Assembly (NCBI GenBank): GCA_022646745.1
Contig: CP060262.1
Span: 2,940,001-2,972,000, forward strand
Source: Planctomycetales bacterium
GTDB lineage: Bacteria > 4484-113 > JAFGCY01
Direction: 5' to 3'
DNA: 32,000 nucleotides
How positions within the stretch are numbered: the first letter of the stretch is position 1; the number at the start of each line of letters is the position of its first letter. The position numbers and the translations under genes were made by a program. Shown in pieces: positions 1 through 8,459 of the stretch. Under the pieces are notes generated by a model. It worked only from the letters and a program-made list of their open reading frames with translations. It had not been told where the DNA came from and did no database searches.

Positions 1-615
1 CCCGCCAGGCGCGAGGTGGTCCGATACCAGCTGTTGTTCTCCCGCGGCACCTTCCAGTTCTCTGATCTCGAATATTCCGGTGAGAGGTATCTACCGCATC
101 ACATGCACTTCATCGGTCTCCTGCGGCAACCTGCGGAAACTGCCCTGGGTGAAGCCGAGCGCGAATCCATGTTGCTGCGCAGCCTGACGATTGCTGAGGG
201 GCTGGGCGGAGAAGCGGTCAGCGAAAGCGAGTTCTTCGAAATGTATGGACAGGTGCCACATGATGCACGTACGATTCGCTTCTGGCATGACATCAGTGTC
301 TGGGCCTTCTGCAATGCTTACCGACAACCCCTATCCATGGCACTCGAGTTTGCGCTGCAGAATCCAACCGATAAGTACACCGAAGCAATCTGGCAACGAA
401 TCAACCTGATGCATCGCTCGGTCAGCGGTGAACTGCAGGAGCATGAGATCCTGCATTACCTCAGTCTCCTCACGCTGCTGGGCCAGCTCGTGGAATTCAT
501 CAATGTCTTCCAGCCGAGGCTAGAGGATCGCGGTAGCTGGACACCGGCAATCGAGCGCAGGCTGGCGGAAGTGCGGACCAGGATCGAACAGGCTAGTGAT
601 CGGCAGACAGGCTAA
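1..615 (+). CDS. Hypothetical all-alpha protein, paralog A of a 4-copy family (5' end probably outside the window)
   Basis: ORF track gives 16..615, but the frame is open back to base 1. The C-terminal half has the same colinear motifs (W-x-x-AF-x-N-x-Y, WQRINLMH, V-E-F) as the ORFs at 4040, 4844 and 5736. Those ORFs are ~60 aa longer at the N-terminus. Confidence 0.7.
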   Translation, partial: PARREVVRYQLLFSRGTFQFSDLEYSGERYLPHHMHFIGLLRQPAETALGEAERESMLLRSLTIAEGLGGEAVSESEFFEMYGQVPHDARTIRFWHDISVWAFCNAYRQPLSMALEFALQNPTDKYTEAIWQRINLMHRSVSGELQEHEILHYLSLLTLLGQLVEFINVFQPRLEDRGSWTPAIERRLAEVRTRIEQASDRQTG

Positions 616-3600
616 ACGGTGCTGATCGAACGAACTTCCCCGCTGCGAAGATCCACATACACAATGTGCCAGCGGCCATCTGTGCCAACCACGATCTCCG
701 GAGACATCACCCATGCTCCATGTGATGAGCTGAGTTGTGCCGGCAGCGGCAGTTCCGTGAATGAGCCGAAGTCGCTCCAGAACAGCTTGTTGTCATAACC
801 CAGTAGCCCGCAGTCCAGCGCAAGGGCGGTCCGCCCCTTCGCCTCCGACATATTGACGGAGCGCAGGCGGATGCCGGTCTGGATCAGGGCCTCGAAGGGA
901 TCGGCAATCGGCACCACATTTGGGGACAGCCCGTTGCCCAGTGGCGGGGGAGCCATCCGTATGCTGTCCATCAGTCCGGAGGCATTCGTCAGCCAGGCAC
1001 ACTGCCGCTCACCGTCGGAACTGTCAAACAGGCAGCTGTCAATCGTGCGGCCATAGACCTTGAACTGGCTGTTGCTGTTCTGGTGGATACTAAGCTCAGT
1101 TGGCGTCATGATGTTGTAGTCGTAGAAGGCCAGGTCTGAATTGACAAGGCTGGTACCAACGAGGCAGATCCAGCGCGGTTTGATTCCAACGAAGCTGAAG
1201 CCTCCGTCTATCACGGTGCCCATGTAGGTGTTCTCGGACGGGTTGAATGAGACGAAGGTGAACGGGTTGGACTGGTTGCCCTCCACGAAGCGCAATGCGT
1301 TGGCGGGCTGCAGGTGCACATACCAGTACATCAGTTCGTTTGTGGGCTGGCTCATCAGGCTGGGACGGTAACCGGCAATGCCGGGGTAGTTCTTCTGCAG
1401 CACCCAGGCCGTTCCATTCCAGTAGGCAAGTTCCGTGCTGTTGACATCAATGTATGACAGGTAGACCTCGCCGCCTGAGGTGCTGGCGAGGTCGATGTCG
1501 GTGACTTTCCCGATACCGGGTACGCTGTCCGCCCAGTCATTGCCATCTGGGCTGCCGTAGTGTTCCAGTTCGTCGTAGGCTTCATTCAGCCAGACGACCT
1601 GCAGGCCATCCACACCGCTGGCCGCATGCATCTCGCCGCGGAAACCATCTGCGGACTTGCCTACCACGTAGTCGACAACAGGACTGCCGCTCGCCGGGAA
1701 TTCCATCACAGTGCAGGTGCCGTCCTTCAGTGGCAGTGCGGCAATGCTGTTTCCACCGGAAGTGGGCAGCAGGCTAAGCTCACTTTCCACTGAAGTGGAT
1801 ATCATCTCCTCACTCAGCACGGGCCAGTTGCCATCATCACGCCTGTAATATCTGCGGTAGTCATCCACGCCGTCCTTCAGCTGCAGCAGCACGTAAACGT
1901 CATCCCCGGTCACCGCCAGGTCGCCGTCCGGCGTGGCCTTCAGCCCCTCATCCGGCTTCTCGGGCAGTGACCAGAAGCCGCTTTCGTTCTGGTACAGGTA
2001 CCAGGCCTCAAACGGTGCCACATCGAGAGTTGTCAGCATCACACTGCGCTGGCTGGTCGGATCAAGCTCCAGGTCCACGCCGAGCACCTTGAAGTTGTAC
2101 AGGCCACCGCCCGCGATGTGCCCGGCGATTGGTTCCCACTGCTCGAACTGCAGGGCGATATTGTTGCCATAGCAGATGTCGAATGCTGCAATGCTGGGGT
2201 TCCAGACCGCATCAACGCCCTTTACTCCACCGGCAACGCTGGCCAGAACGGTGTCATAGTTGGATATGGACTCCACCAGCGAATAGACCAGGTCGAAGTT
2301 GCCACCATTGTCGATCTGGCGGAAGATCCCGAGGCGGTCACTCGCATCCGCCACCAGGCAGAACTGGTTGTCAATCGCACCGATGTTCTGCAGCAGCCTG
2401 CTGCTGCCTCCATGGTCCACGGAGATGATCTGCACGGCACCGGAACTGGCAAACCCGAAGTGCAGCACGCCGTTGACCAGCACCGGTTCACAGCTGTAGT
2501 CCACCGGGACATCACCCGCGAAGAATGCGTGATAGCGCAGCCCTGCCGGGCTCTCCGTCCAGACGGCCACGACGCCCAGTGCACTGTCGTAGCCGGCGTG
2601 CACCAGGCTGCCATCCGGCAGGCGGCCACTGCGGGAGTACAGTATTGTCCCCATGTTGCCCTGCATGTCATCGACGAGCACAGACTGCGCCTGCCACTGG
2701 GGCAGGATCCGCAGGTAACCGACAGCCAGGTCGCTCAACGCCCCGCTGTGCACGACGCAAACAACCTGGTAGCAACCTGGCTGCAGGTTGATCGAGTACT
2801 TGCTTGATGGGCCGGTCAGGTCCGGGTAGCCCTTGATGAAGACCTCATAGTTGTCTATTGAGCCGCCACCAATCACATAGCTGCCGGACAGGTCGATGTC
2901 CACATCCGCCGGGCCGAGCAGGGGGCCGGCTGTCATATCCAGCACAGCCACCACTTCATTGGAGCCATTGCCGCAGCTGGCGTTGAATTCGTAGCTTGCA
3001 AGGCTCATGTTTTCGGCGCTGTCATAGGCCCGCAAGCGGTAGCGGTAGATTGCAAACGGAACCACGGTGCTGTCGCTGTAGCTGCATTCTCCCGGTGCAG
3101 TCCTGGCAATCTCACTGTAGCTGCTGGAGTTGAACGGGGCACGCTCCAGCAGGTAGCCGCGGAAGTCAGGCCGGCCCTCGTCCGGGCTCGGGAACCAGCT
3201 GAGTATGATGCTGTCCGTATCGTCAACATACCCGATCTGGGTCGGGGGCAGCGGCGCATTGCCACCGCCGAACACCTCCAGGAACATGTCTGATATGACA
3301 AGTTCACCTGGCTCGTCAGCCACCACGGCAAGGAAGCTGTTGCCATAATCCGAGACAAGGCGGTGCCCGTGGTTCACTCCCTCATTCAGCGGCACATCTA
3401 TCTCCGCGCTGCCGCTGAAGGGGCCGGCCCAGGTCCAGCGCTGGTTGTCGTAATCAGTGAAACCTACAAGGTAGCTGCTGCTGCCGCTGGCAACTTCGAC
3501 ATGGGCCGAAACCGGGAACATGTCCCCGTCAAATCCCGAAACCATGTACATTGCCCAGGCCGGAGTGCCGCTGTTATTGAGATGCAGGCCCTGGCTGTCA

Positions 3601-3836
3601 TGGCTGGCGCTGCTGCCATCCAGGATCTGGTCCAGCAGCAGGGAGTAGTCTCCGGCAGTGGCGAGGTTAGCGGCCCTCGGGCCTGTTGTCGCTCCGGCCG
3701 GGAAGGGAATTCCATTGTCCACTAAGGTCCTGGTCTGATCCTCTGGTCCGCTCAGCGCTTGCTGGCCCGTGCCGGAGGAACAGGAAAAAAGCAGGATTGC
3801 CATCATGGCCACTACGAAACTAGACAGCGTATTCAT
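612..3836 (-). CDS. Large secreted lipoprotein (1074 aa) with FN3-like and Ig/PKD-like modules and a long beta-rich region
   Basis: Uninterrupted 1074-aa ORF. N-terminus MNTLSSFVVAMMAILLFSC is a signal peptide ending in a lipobox-like Cys. GGAGG (rc of 3841-3845) lies 4 nt upstream of the ATG. The segment PLPPTQIGYVDDTDSIILSWFPSP...YRYRLRAYDSAEN reads like a fibronectin type III module. No catalytic motif recognised. Confidence 0.85.
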   Translation of the reverse strand: MNTLSSFVVAMMAILLFSCSSGTGQQALSGPEDQTRTLVDNGIPFPAGATTGPRAANLATAGDYSLLLDQILDGSSASHDSQGLHLNNSGTPAWAMYMVSGFDGDMFPVSAHVEVASGSSSYLVGFTDYDNQRWTWAGPFSGSAEIDVPLNEGVNHGHRLVSDYGNSFLAVVADEPGELVISDMFLEVFGGGNAPLPPTQIGYVDDTDSIILSWFPSPDEGRPDFRGYLLERAPFNSSSYSEIARTAPGECSYSDSTVVPFAIYRYRLRAYDSAENMSLASYEFNASCGNGSNEVVAVLDMTAGPLLGPADVDIDLSGSYVIGGGSIDNYEVFIKGYPDLTGPSSKYSINLQPGCYQVVCVVHSGALSDLAVGYLRILPQWQAQSVLVDDMQGNMGTILYSRSGRLPDGSLVHAGYDSALGVVAVWTESPAGLRYHAFFAGDVPVDYSCEPVLVNGVLHFGFASSGAVQIISVDHGGSSRLLQNIGAIDNQFCLVADASDRLGIFRQIDNGGNFDLVYSLVESISNYDTVLASVAGGVKGVDAVWNPSIAAFDICYGNNIALQFEQWEPIAGHIAGGGLYNFKVLGVDLELDPTSQRSVMLTTLDVAPFEAWYLYQNESGFWSLPEKPDEGLKATPDGDLAVTGDDVYVLLQLKDGVDDYRRYYRRDDGNWPVLSEEMISTSVESELSLLPTSGGNSIAALPLKDGTCTVMEFPASGSPVVDYVVGKSADGFRGEMHAASGVDGLQVVWLNEAYDELEHYGSPDGNDWADSVPGIGKVTDIDLASTSGGEVYLSYIDVNSTELAYWNGTAWVLQKNYPGIAGYRPSLMSQPTNELMYWYVHLQPANALRFVEGNQSNPFTFVSFNPSENTYMGTVIDGGFSFVGIKPRWICLVGTSLVNSDLAFYDYNIMTPTELSIHQNSNSQFKVYGRTIDSCLFDSSDGERQCAWLTNASGLMDSIRMAPPPLGNGLSPNVVPIADPFEALIQTGIRLRSVNMSEAKGRTALALDCGLLGYDNKLFWSDFGSFTELPLPAQLSSSHGAWVMSPEIVVGTDGRWHIVYVDLRSGEVRSISTV

Positions 3837-3855
3837 GGTTCCTCCAGTCTATGGA

Positions 3856-3892
3856 GATACCAATATCCGGTTTTGCCGCCGGATCAGGTATC
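3856..3892. promoter_or_regulatory. Interrupted palindrome in the divergent promoter region (possible operator or 5'-UTR hairpin)
   Basis: GATACC-aat-ATCCGG-ttttgccg-CCGGAT-ca-GGTATC gives 12 paired positions. It lies 20 nt upstream of the lipoprotein ATG, in the spacer shared with the 4040 gene. Confidence 0.35.
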
Positions 3893-4039
3893 CATCCTCA
3901 ATCTGATACCCGCAACTCCAGTCCTAGTCATGGATCAGGAATGTTTCCAGCTTACATGCTGCATTTTGTAGTCCAATATTAATGTTAAAAATTCGGCAAA
4001 CCACTATGAAATAGGCGTCTGGGATGTTTATATATTTCC

Positions 4040-4819
4040 GTGATCAGCGAGAGACACAGGCTGATTATTGACGATTTACGAGAGTTATCAAGACCACTGT
4101 ACTTCCACTACAGCAGGGGTGAATACCGCGATGCCCTGGAGGTGGTGGATGCCCTGCTTTCTTCGGACAGGCTGGCTGACCTGCCTGTTGAAGTGCGGGA
4201 AGTGCAGCTCTGTTACCTGCTGCTGATGCGTGTTGCAATGCGTCAGTATGACGAACAGGCCTGGGATTGCGATTCCGTTTCATCGACGATAGAAAGGCTT
4301 GGCGTGGAACTGGAAACCGTGCTGGGGAATCACCAGCGGATCAGTTCCCTGCTGCAGTTGCGCGTATTCACCGATGGGGAATGCGGTTTGAGCCTCAGGC
4401 GCGAGGAGTTCGACCAGCTGTTCAGGCACCCGCACATACTAAACCTGAGCCCGAACCTCTGGGATTCGATCGGAATGTATGCATTCAGGAACGGATTCCA
4501 GGACCTGCTGGAGACCGCATTCGAGAATGTGACCATCGCACCTGGCAAGGTGATGCCGCAGGAATCATGGCAGCGATTGAACCTGCTGCTGCAGCTGTCC
4601 ATGGGCCGTGTTACACGACGGGATGTTGAGGAGTACATCCGCCTGATGAGAATGGTTCCACAGGTCGAAGAGTTCAGGCGGGAGATGCTGCCGGCGATCA
4701 ATGACGCCGGCATATGGGATGAGGAGCTGGATAAGCAGCTATGCCTGATGCACAGTCAGGCCAGTTCAGGTGAGTTTCAGATTCGCCTGCAGAGAAGGAC
4801 CGGACGGATCAGGAACTGA
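4040..4819 (+). CDS. Hypothetical all-alpha protein, paralog B of 4-copy family
   Basis: 259-aa ORF with a GTG start just downstream of a TATATA box (4029-4034). Shares colinear motifs with 4844 and 5736: WDC, GNH(E/Q)R, LLQL, W-x(5)-AF-x-NG(F/Y), WQR(L/I)NL, VPQ-x-EEFR. No signal peptide or TM helix. Confidence 0.85.
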   Translation: MISERHRLIIDDLRELSRPLYFHYSRGEYRDALEVVDALLSSDRLADLPVEVREVQLCYLLLMRVAMRQYDEQAWDCDSVSSTIERLGVELETVLGNHQRISSLLQLRVFTDGECGLSLRREEFDQLFRHPHILNLSPNLWDSIGMYAFRNGFQDLLETAFENVTIAPGKVMPQESWQRLNLLLQLSMGRVTRRDVEEYIRLMRMVPQVEEFRREMLPAINDAGIWDEELDKQLCLMHSQASSGEFQIRLQRRTGRIRN

Positions 4820-4843
4820 ATCGCTGACTAGCCGGAAGAACCC

Positions 4844-5656
4844 ATGCAACACTCATCAGCAAGCGGATGGACAGGGTCTCCCGAAGGGGAGGCCAAATAC
4901 AGGCAGATTACGGAGGGGCTATCTGAGGAAACCCGCCAGGCCTTCAACGCATATGCCAATGCGGAATATGCTGAAGCCTTCTCTCTGATATCAGGCCTGC
5001 TGGCGGGACTTGATCTCGATTCCGACCGCTCCGAGACATCAGAAGTGCGATTCTTCTACCTTAGTTTCGTGCGCCTGTTCATGGACTTCGAATTACGTGA
5101 GGCATGGGATTGCAATGCCGTCAATGCATTGCATGAATTGCTGCTGCAGCCGGCCAAATCCGAACTTGGCAACCATGAGCGCAGCCTGTGCCTGCTGCAG
5201 CTGCTGGCAAATGCCGGTGATGACTGCGGCATCAACTTTGATGAGGAGCGTTACTTCCAGATCACGCGCAGTGGCGACCTGCTGGAGCGTAACCACGAGT
5301 ACTGGCTGGCGATCAGCCGCTGGGTATTCCTGCAAGGCTATGCGGATATCCTCGAGGAGGCACTCGGTGAGGTGACCGTGCTTCCCGGGCCATACATGCA
5401 GCGCGAGATCTGGCAGCGGATCAACCTGATGCACCAGATAACCAGGGGCAAGGTGACGAGGCTTGACGTGCTTGAGTACCTGAAGCTGATCAACATGGTG
5501 CCGCAGCTGGAGGAATTCAGGGAGGATCTTGTTCCCCGCCTTGAGCTGGCCGGACTATGGGACAAGGAGCTGGAAGGCTTGCTCAGCGACGCTGTTGCGA
5601 AACTGGGTGTCAAGGAATTCCGCAGGGAGCGCAGCACGAGGAAAATCCGCAGCTGA
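4844..5656 (+). CDS. Hypothetical all-alpha protein, paralog C of 4-copy family
   Basis: 270-aa ORF, 24 nt after the previous paralog. Same motif order: AWDCNAV, GNHERSLCLLQL, WVFLQGY, WQRINLMHQ, VPQLEEFRED. Confidence 0.85.
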   Translation: MQHSSASGWTGSPEGEAKYRQITEGLSEETRQAFNAYANAEYAEAFSLISGLLAGLDLDSDRSETSEVRFFYLSFVRLFMDFELREAWDCNAVNALHELLLQPAKSELGNHERSLCLLQLLANAGDDCGINFDEERYFQITRSGDLLERNHEYWLAISRWVFLQGYADILEEALGEVTVLPGPYMQREIWQRINLMHQITRGKVTRLDVLEYLKLINMVPQLEEFREDLVPRLELAGLWDKELEGLLSDAVAKLGVKEFRRERSTRKIRS

Positions 5657-5735
5657 AGGGAAAGTCTCTACGATTTTGAATCTTGGTGACATAATGAAGC
5701 ATGCCGGCGGGAATGAATGCCGGTGAGTAGTCATC

Positions 5736-6500
5736 ATGCTGGACAAGCGCTACCACAGGATCACACAGGAGATCAGGGCGGAAACCCTGCACGTGTTTGA
5801 CCATTACGCGCGCGGAGACTTCAGCGGGGCATGCACTGCAGTTGAGGAACTGCTCTACTCTCCGGATCAGCAGGAACAGCCGGTTGAAAAGCTGGAAATG
5901 CTGCGCTGCTACCTGCGCTTCCTGCTGCTGTTCATGAAGTACGAGCGTGACGGCCAGTGGGATTGCCGAGCGGTGCGCAGCCTGAGTGCTGAACTGGAGC
6001 TGCCCCTGGGCACCGCTTTCGGGAACCACGAGCGCCTGCTGACCCTTATCCAGCTCAGGGCCAATGCCGGAGATGACTGCGACTGCCCACTTTCAGTGCA
6101 GGAATTCAACCGCATAATCAATGACCCGCAACTGCTTGAACTCGGCAGGGAGCTGTGGTTTGCAGTCTGCCGCTGGGCCTTTGTCAACGGCTACGTTGAA
6201 CCGCTGGAGAAGGCCTACGAATACCTGACCGTGCATCGTGACTTTGGCATGCACCAGGAGACATGGCGGCGGGTCAACCTGATGCTCAAGCTGCTGCGGG
6301 GAACCGCAAACCGGCTGGATGTCTCCATGTATGTTGACAGCCTGGAACTCGTGCCTCAGATCATGGAGTTTCGTGAGGACATCCTGCCCGGTGTCCGCGA
6401 GCGTTTCCTCTGGGATGAAAGCATGGAGCAGAAGATGCTGCGCAAACTTGTGGTGGCGCGGGACAGGGAGAATTACTTCAGCGGGGACAAGCAACCATAG
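5736..6500 (+). CDS. Hypothetical all-alpha protein, paralog D of 4-copy family
   Basis: 254-aa ORF. Same motif order: QWDCRAV, GNHERLLTLIQL, WAFVNGY, WRRVNLMLK, VPQIMEFRED. A TG-a-CATAAT extended -10-like box at 5687-5695 lies in the preceding spacer. Confidence 0.85.
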   Translation: MLDKRYHRITQEIRAETLHVFDHYARGDFSGACTAVEELLYSPDQQEQPVEKLEMLRCYLRFLLLFMKYERDGQWDCRAVRSLSAELELPLGTAFGNHERLLTLIQLRANAGDDCDCPLSVQEFNRIINDPQLLELGRELWFAVCRWAFVNGYVEPLEKAYEYLTVHRDFGMHQETWRRVNLMLKLLRGTANRLDVSMYVDSLELVPQIMEFREDILPGVRERFLWDESMEQKMLRKLVVARDRENYFSGDKQP

Positions 6501-6549
6501 CTAGCCGCTGGCTGCTTGCCATTTGCTGGAGTGGGTATAAACTGCGGGT

Positions 6550-7107
6550 ATGGATGACTACAGCCACATCGGCTACCACCGTGGGGACTGGTTCAAGTGG
6601 TTTGGCCTGACGGCCCTGCTACTGTTCGCAGTGGCATTCCTGATCGCGATGTTCAGCCGGATCGGCATGAAGACCGCCGCCGGTGAAACGACTGTCCCGC
6701 CCAACTGGCCAAAGCTCGGCTATGTGGTGGACAGTTCAGCCACTGACATCCATTTCGATCCTGATATCCGCAGCATCAAGGGCGCGGTTCTGAAGGTCGG
6801 TGAACATACCAGCAAGACCGGCGGACGTCACGAGGAAACGCTCTGGCAGATCCACTTCAACCACCCGGATCCGCCGGAACAGCTGCTGCAGGTGACGGAC
6901 CAGCAGTTGACGGCCGCCGGCTGGAAGGCCCGTGGCGGCAGGACAATGGAACACTTCGCGATGACCGGCCTGCTGGACAACAGCTGGGAGGATCCCAGCG
7001 GTGACTACAGGCTGATGCTGCGCTACTGGAGCAAGCCACCGGGGCAGTATGGCAACGCCGCCCAGCCCCAGCACTGGCATGTTACGATCCAGAAGGACCC
7101 GTACTGA
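6550..7107 (+). CDS. Hypothetical single-pass membrane protein
   Basis: 185-aa ORF with one hydrophobic helix (WFGLTALLLFAVAFLIAMF) near the N-terminus. TATAAA (6536-6541) lies 8 nt before the ATG. Followed by the hairpin at 7135-7160. Confidence 0.7.
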   Translation: MDDYSHIGYHRGDWFKWFGLTALLLFAVAFLIAMFSRIGMKTAAGETTVPPNWPKLGYVVDSSATDIHFDPDIRSIKGAVLKVGEHTSKTGGRHEETLWQIHFNHPDPPEQLLQVTDQQLTAAGWKARGGRTMEHFAMTGLLDNSWEDPSGDYRLMLRYWSKPPGQYGNAAQPQHWHVTIQKDPY

Positions 7108-7134
7108 GGTTACTGGTTACAGGGTGCAGGTTGG

Positions 7135-7160
7135 AGCCGCGAAGCGCAGCTTCGCTGGCT
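7135..7160. terminator. GC-rich hairpin between convergent genes (terminator-like)
   Basis: AGCC-GCGAAGC-gca-GCTTCGC-t-GGCT gives an 11-bp stem with one bulge, followed by TTTGG on the + strand. A second hairpin, TTGCGCAG-N12-CTGCGCAA, is at 7182-7209. Confidence 0.5.
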
Positions 7161-7235
7161 TTGGTGATCGATGCACAGAGATTGCGCAGCTGCGGCTTTG
7201 CCTGCGCAACGCATCTCCCCAGATGCCTACTGCCA

Positions 7236-7736
7236 CTAATCAAGTGGAAAGTCCAGCCCCTGCGGAACCGGGTGGCCATGCAGGCGGCACATCGCGGCGA
7301 TCTGCCCGCGGTGCTGGAAGTTGTGCGTGATGATCCGCATCATCACATGGCGCGGCTGCAGCTCACGCTGCTTGCCGGGCCAGGCCATGAACATCGCAGG
7401 AGTTGCCAGCCATTGATCGTCAGCATTCTGCAGCATCGTCACAGTCTTCTCTGCCACTTCCGCCCGCCAGCCCAGCAGACCGTCGATCGTGGTTTGGTCC
7501 CGTTCATCCTCACTGGCATCGAATTCCTCGTGGCGGTATTCACCACGGATCACGCTGGACCAGTACTGCTCGGCCCCGATCACATGGTTGAACTGCTGCT
7601 GCAGGCTCGGGATGCCGAAACCTTCGAGCGGCTGCAGGAACTGCTCCGTTGCCAATGCCCGGCAGTGCTCGAGGTAGGTGACCAGGCCAGTGTGGGTTCG
7701 TTGGTGGAAGTCGATGAAATCAGCCGGTGAAACCAT
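7236..7736 (-). CDS. DinB-family protein (paralog 1 of 3)
   Basis: 166-aa ORF with the DinB/YfiT-like signature: early His (FHQRTHTG), GAEQYW, and C-terminal THNFQHRGQIAAMCRLHG. TATCTT (rc of 7744-7749) lies 7 nt before the ATG. Confidence 0.85.
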   Translation of the reverse strand: MVSPADFIDFHQRTHTGLVTYLEHCRALATEQFLQPLEGFGIPSLQQQFNHVIGAEQYWSSVIRGEYRHEEFDASEDERDQTTIDGLLGWRAEVAEKTVTMLQNADDQWLATPAMFMAWPGKQRELQPRHVMMRIITHNFQHRGQIAAMCRLHGHPVPQGLDFPLD

Positions 7737-7752
7737 GCTCCCAAAGATAGCA

Positions 7753-7869
7753 GAGAGCAGAATCAGAAACAGAATCAGAAAGAGAAGCAGGTGTTGTTCA
7801 GAATGGAGGAATCTGCTTGCATAATCAATCCGATTACTGCTTCTGATTCTCTTCCTGATTCTGCTCCCT
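7753..7869. repeat. Long imperfect inverted repeat built from CAGAAN hexamer words
   Basis: Left arm 7753-7790 is (N-CAGAA)x6. The reverse complement of 7838-7869 matches it at ~30 of 33 aligned positions. Loop ~47 nt. A further partial copy is at 7871-7900. Confidence 0.7.
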
Positions 7870-7901
7870 TACTGATTCTGTTTCTGCCAACTGCTTCTGG
7901 T

Positions 7902-8201
7902 TCAGCCCTTGACGACCTTGAAGACCTCACGCTTGCCGGTCTTCCACAGGCTGGTGTAGGCCTTCATCTCCGCCTTCAGCTCGTCAGAGATCTCCAGCTT
8001 GCCGCTGGCATAATCGGCCATGGTCTGCTCGTAATCCGCAAGGCTGGCATGCGTGCTCTCCATCACGACAGTGTTGAAGTCAGACACGAAGTCCGTCATC
8101 ACACGGTAGTTGTCCTTGCCGGCGAACACGCGGCTCATCAGGTCGGCCAGCTTCGAGCCATGGCCGGGCTTTGCAATGAAAGTGTTTCGTACTACGTACA
8201 T
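7902..8201 (-). CDS. Small hypothetical protein (99 aa), possibly a ferredoxin-like/ABM-type fold
   Basis: 99-aa ORF with AAGGAG (rc of 8209-8214) 7 nt upstream of the ATG. Sequence MYVVRNTFIAKPGHG...FKVVKG has a beta-alpha-beta pattern typical of small dimeric alpha+beta barrels. The fold call is tentative. Confidence 0.7.
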   Translation of the reverse strand: MYVVRNTFIAKPGHGSKLADLMSRVFAGKDNYRVMTDFVSDFNTVVMESTHASLADYEQTMADYASGKLEISDELKAEMKAYTSLWKTGKREVFKVVKG

Positions 8202-8308
8202 CGTAGAGCTCCTTGAGAATGTTTCTCACGGGGATAATACACCGCTTGGCTCCAGCTGTAACCCATTTTCGGCCGTGCAACAGGGACATGCTGGGACATG
8301 AACGCGCG

Positions 8309-8357
8309 GGAGGCCAGGCTGTCAGCCTGGCAATTGGAGGCCAGACGAAAGTCTGGC
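8309..8357. repeat. Two tandem GGAG-GCCAG hairpin modules
   Basis: GGAG-GCCAGGCT-gtc-AGCCTGGC at 8309-8331, then GGAG-GCCAGAC-GAAA-GTCTGGC at 8336-8357 (7-bp stem, GNRA-type loop). A third module of the same family is at 19019-19041. Confidence 0.7.
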
Positions 8358-8360
8358 AAC

Positions 8361-8450
8361 GAGCAATGAGTTCTGAGCAATGAGCCTGACTCTGATTGAG
8401 GTTATCTCGGTGACATCAGCACTCATTGCTCACTCTTCATGCTCATTGCT
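8361..8450. repeat. ~90-nt hairpin element, copy 1 (GAGCAAT heptamer arms)
   Basis: Perfect 11-bp stem TGAGCAATGAG (8374-8384) / CTCATTGCTCA (8422-8432) enclosing 37 nt. The arms are 7-nt periodic (GAGCAAT GAGTTCT GAGCAAT GAGCCTG). Lies directly 3' of the DinB paralog 2 stop. Confidence 0.75.
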
Positions 8451-8459
8451 GCCTTCTGC

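Noticed and set aside
2118-2807. Long antisense ORFs inside real genes. Examples: 2118-2807, 10950-11957, 15699-16649, 17973-18569, 18286-18984, 20014-20802, 22450-23022, 26492-27223, 27367-28002, 29482-30162, 30098-30634.
   Set aside because: These are typical shadow ORFs of GC-rich DNA. Their translations are Arg/Ala/Pro/His-rich and low in complexity. Each lies opposite a gene that is supported by family motifs or paralogy.
5694-5726. Tiny ORFs (MKHAGGNECR, MPAGMNAGE) downstream of the CATAAT box in the spacer before paralog D, considered as leader peptides.
   Set aside because: They are only 9-10 codons, with no attenuator-like structure and no conservation evidence available. They could equally be incidental.
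8340-8357. GAAAGTC inside the GCCAGAC-GAAA-GTCTGGC hairpin, considered as a possible RNase P CR-I motif.
   Set aside because: The surrounding sequence lacks the GGAGGAAAGTCCGGGC context and the other conserved RNase P regions.
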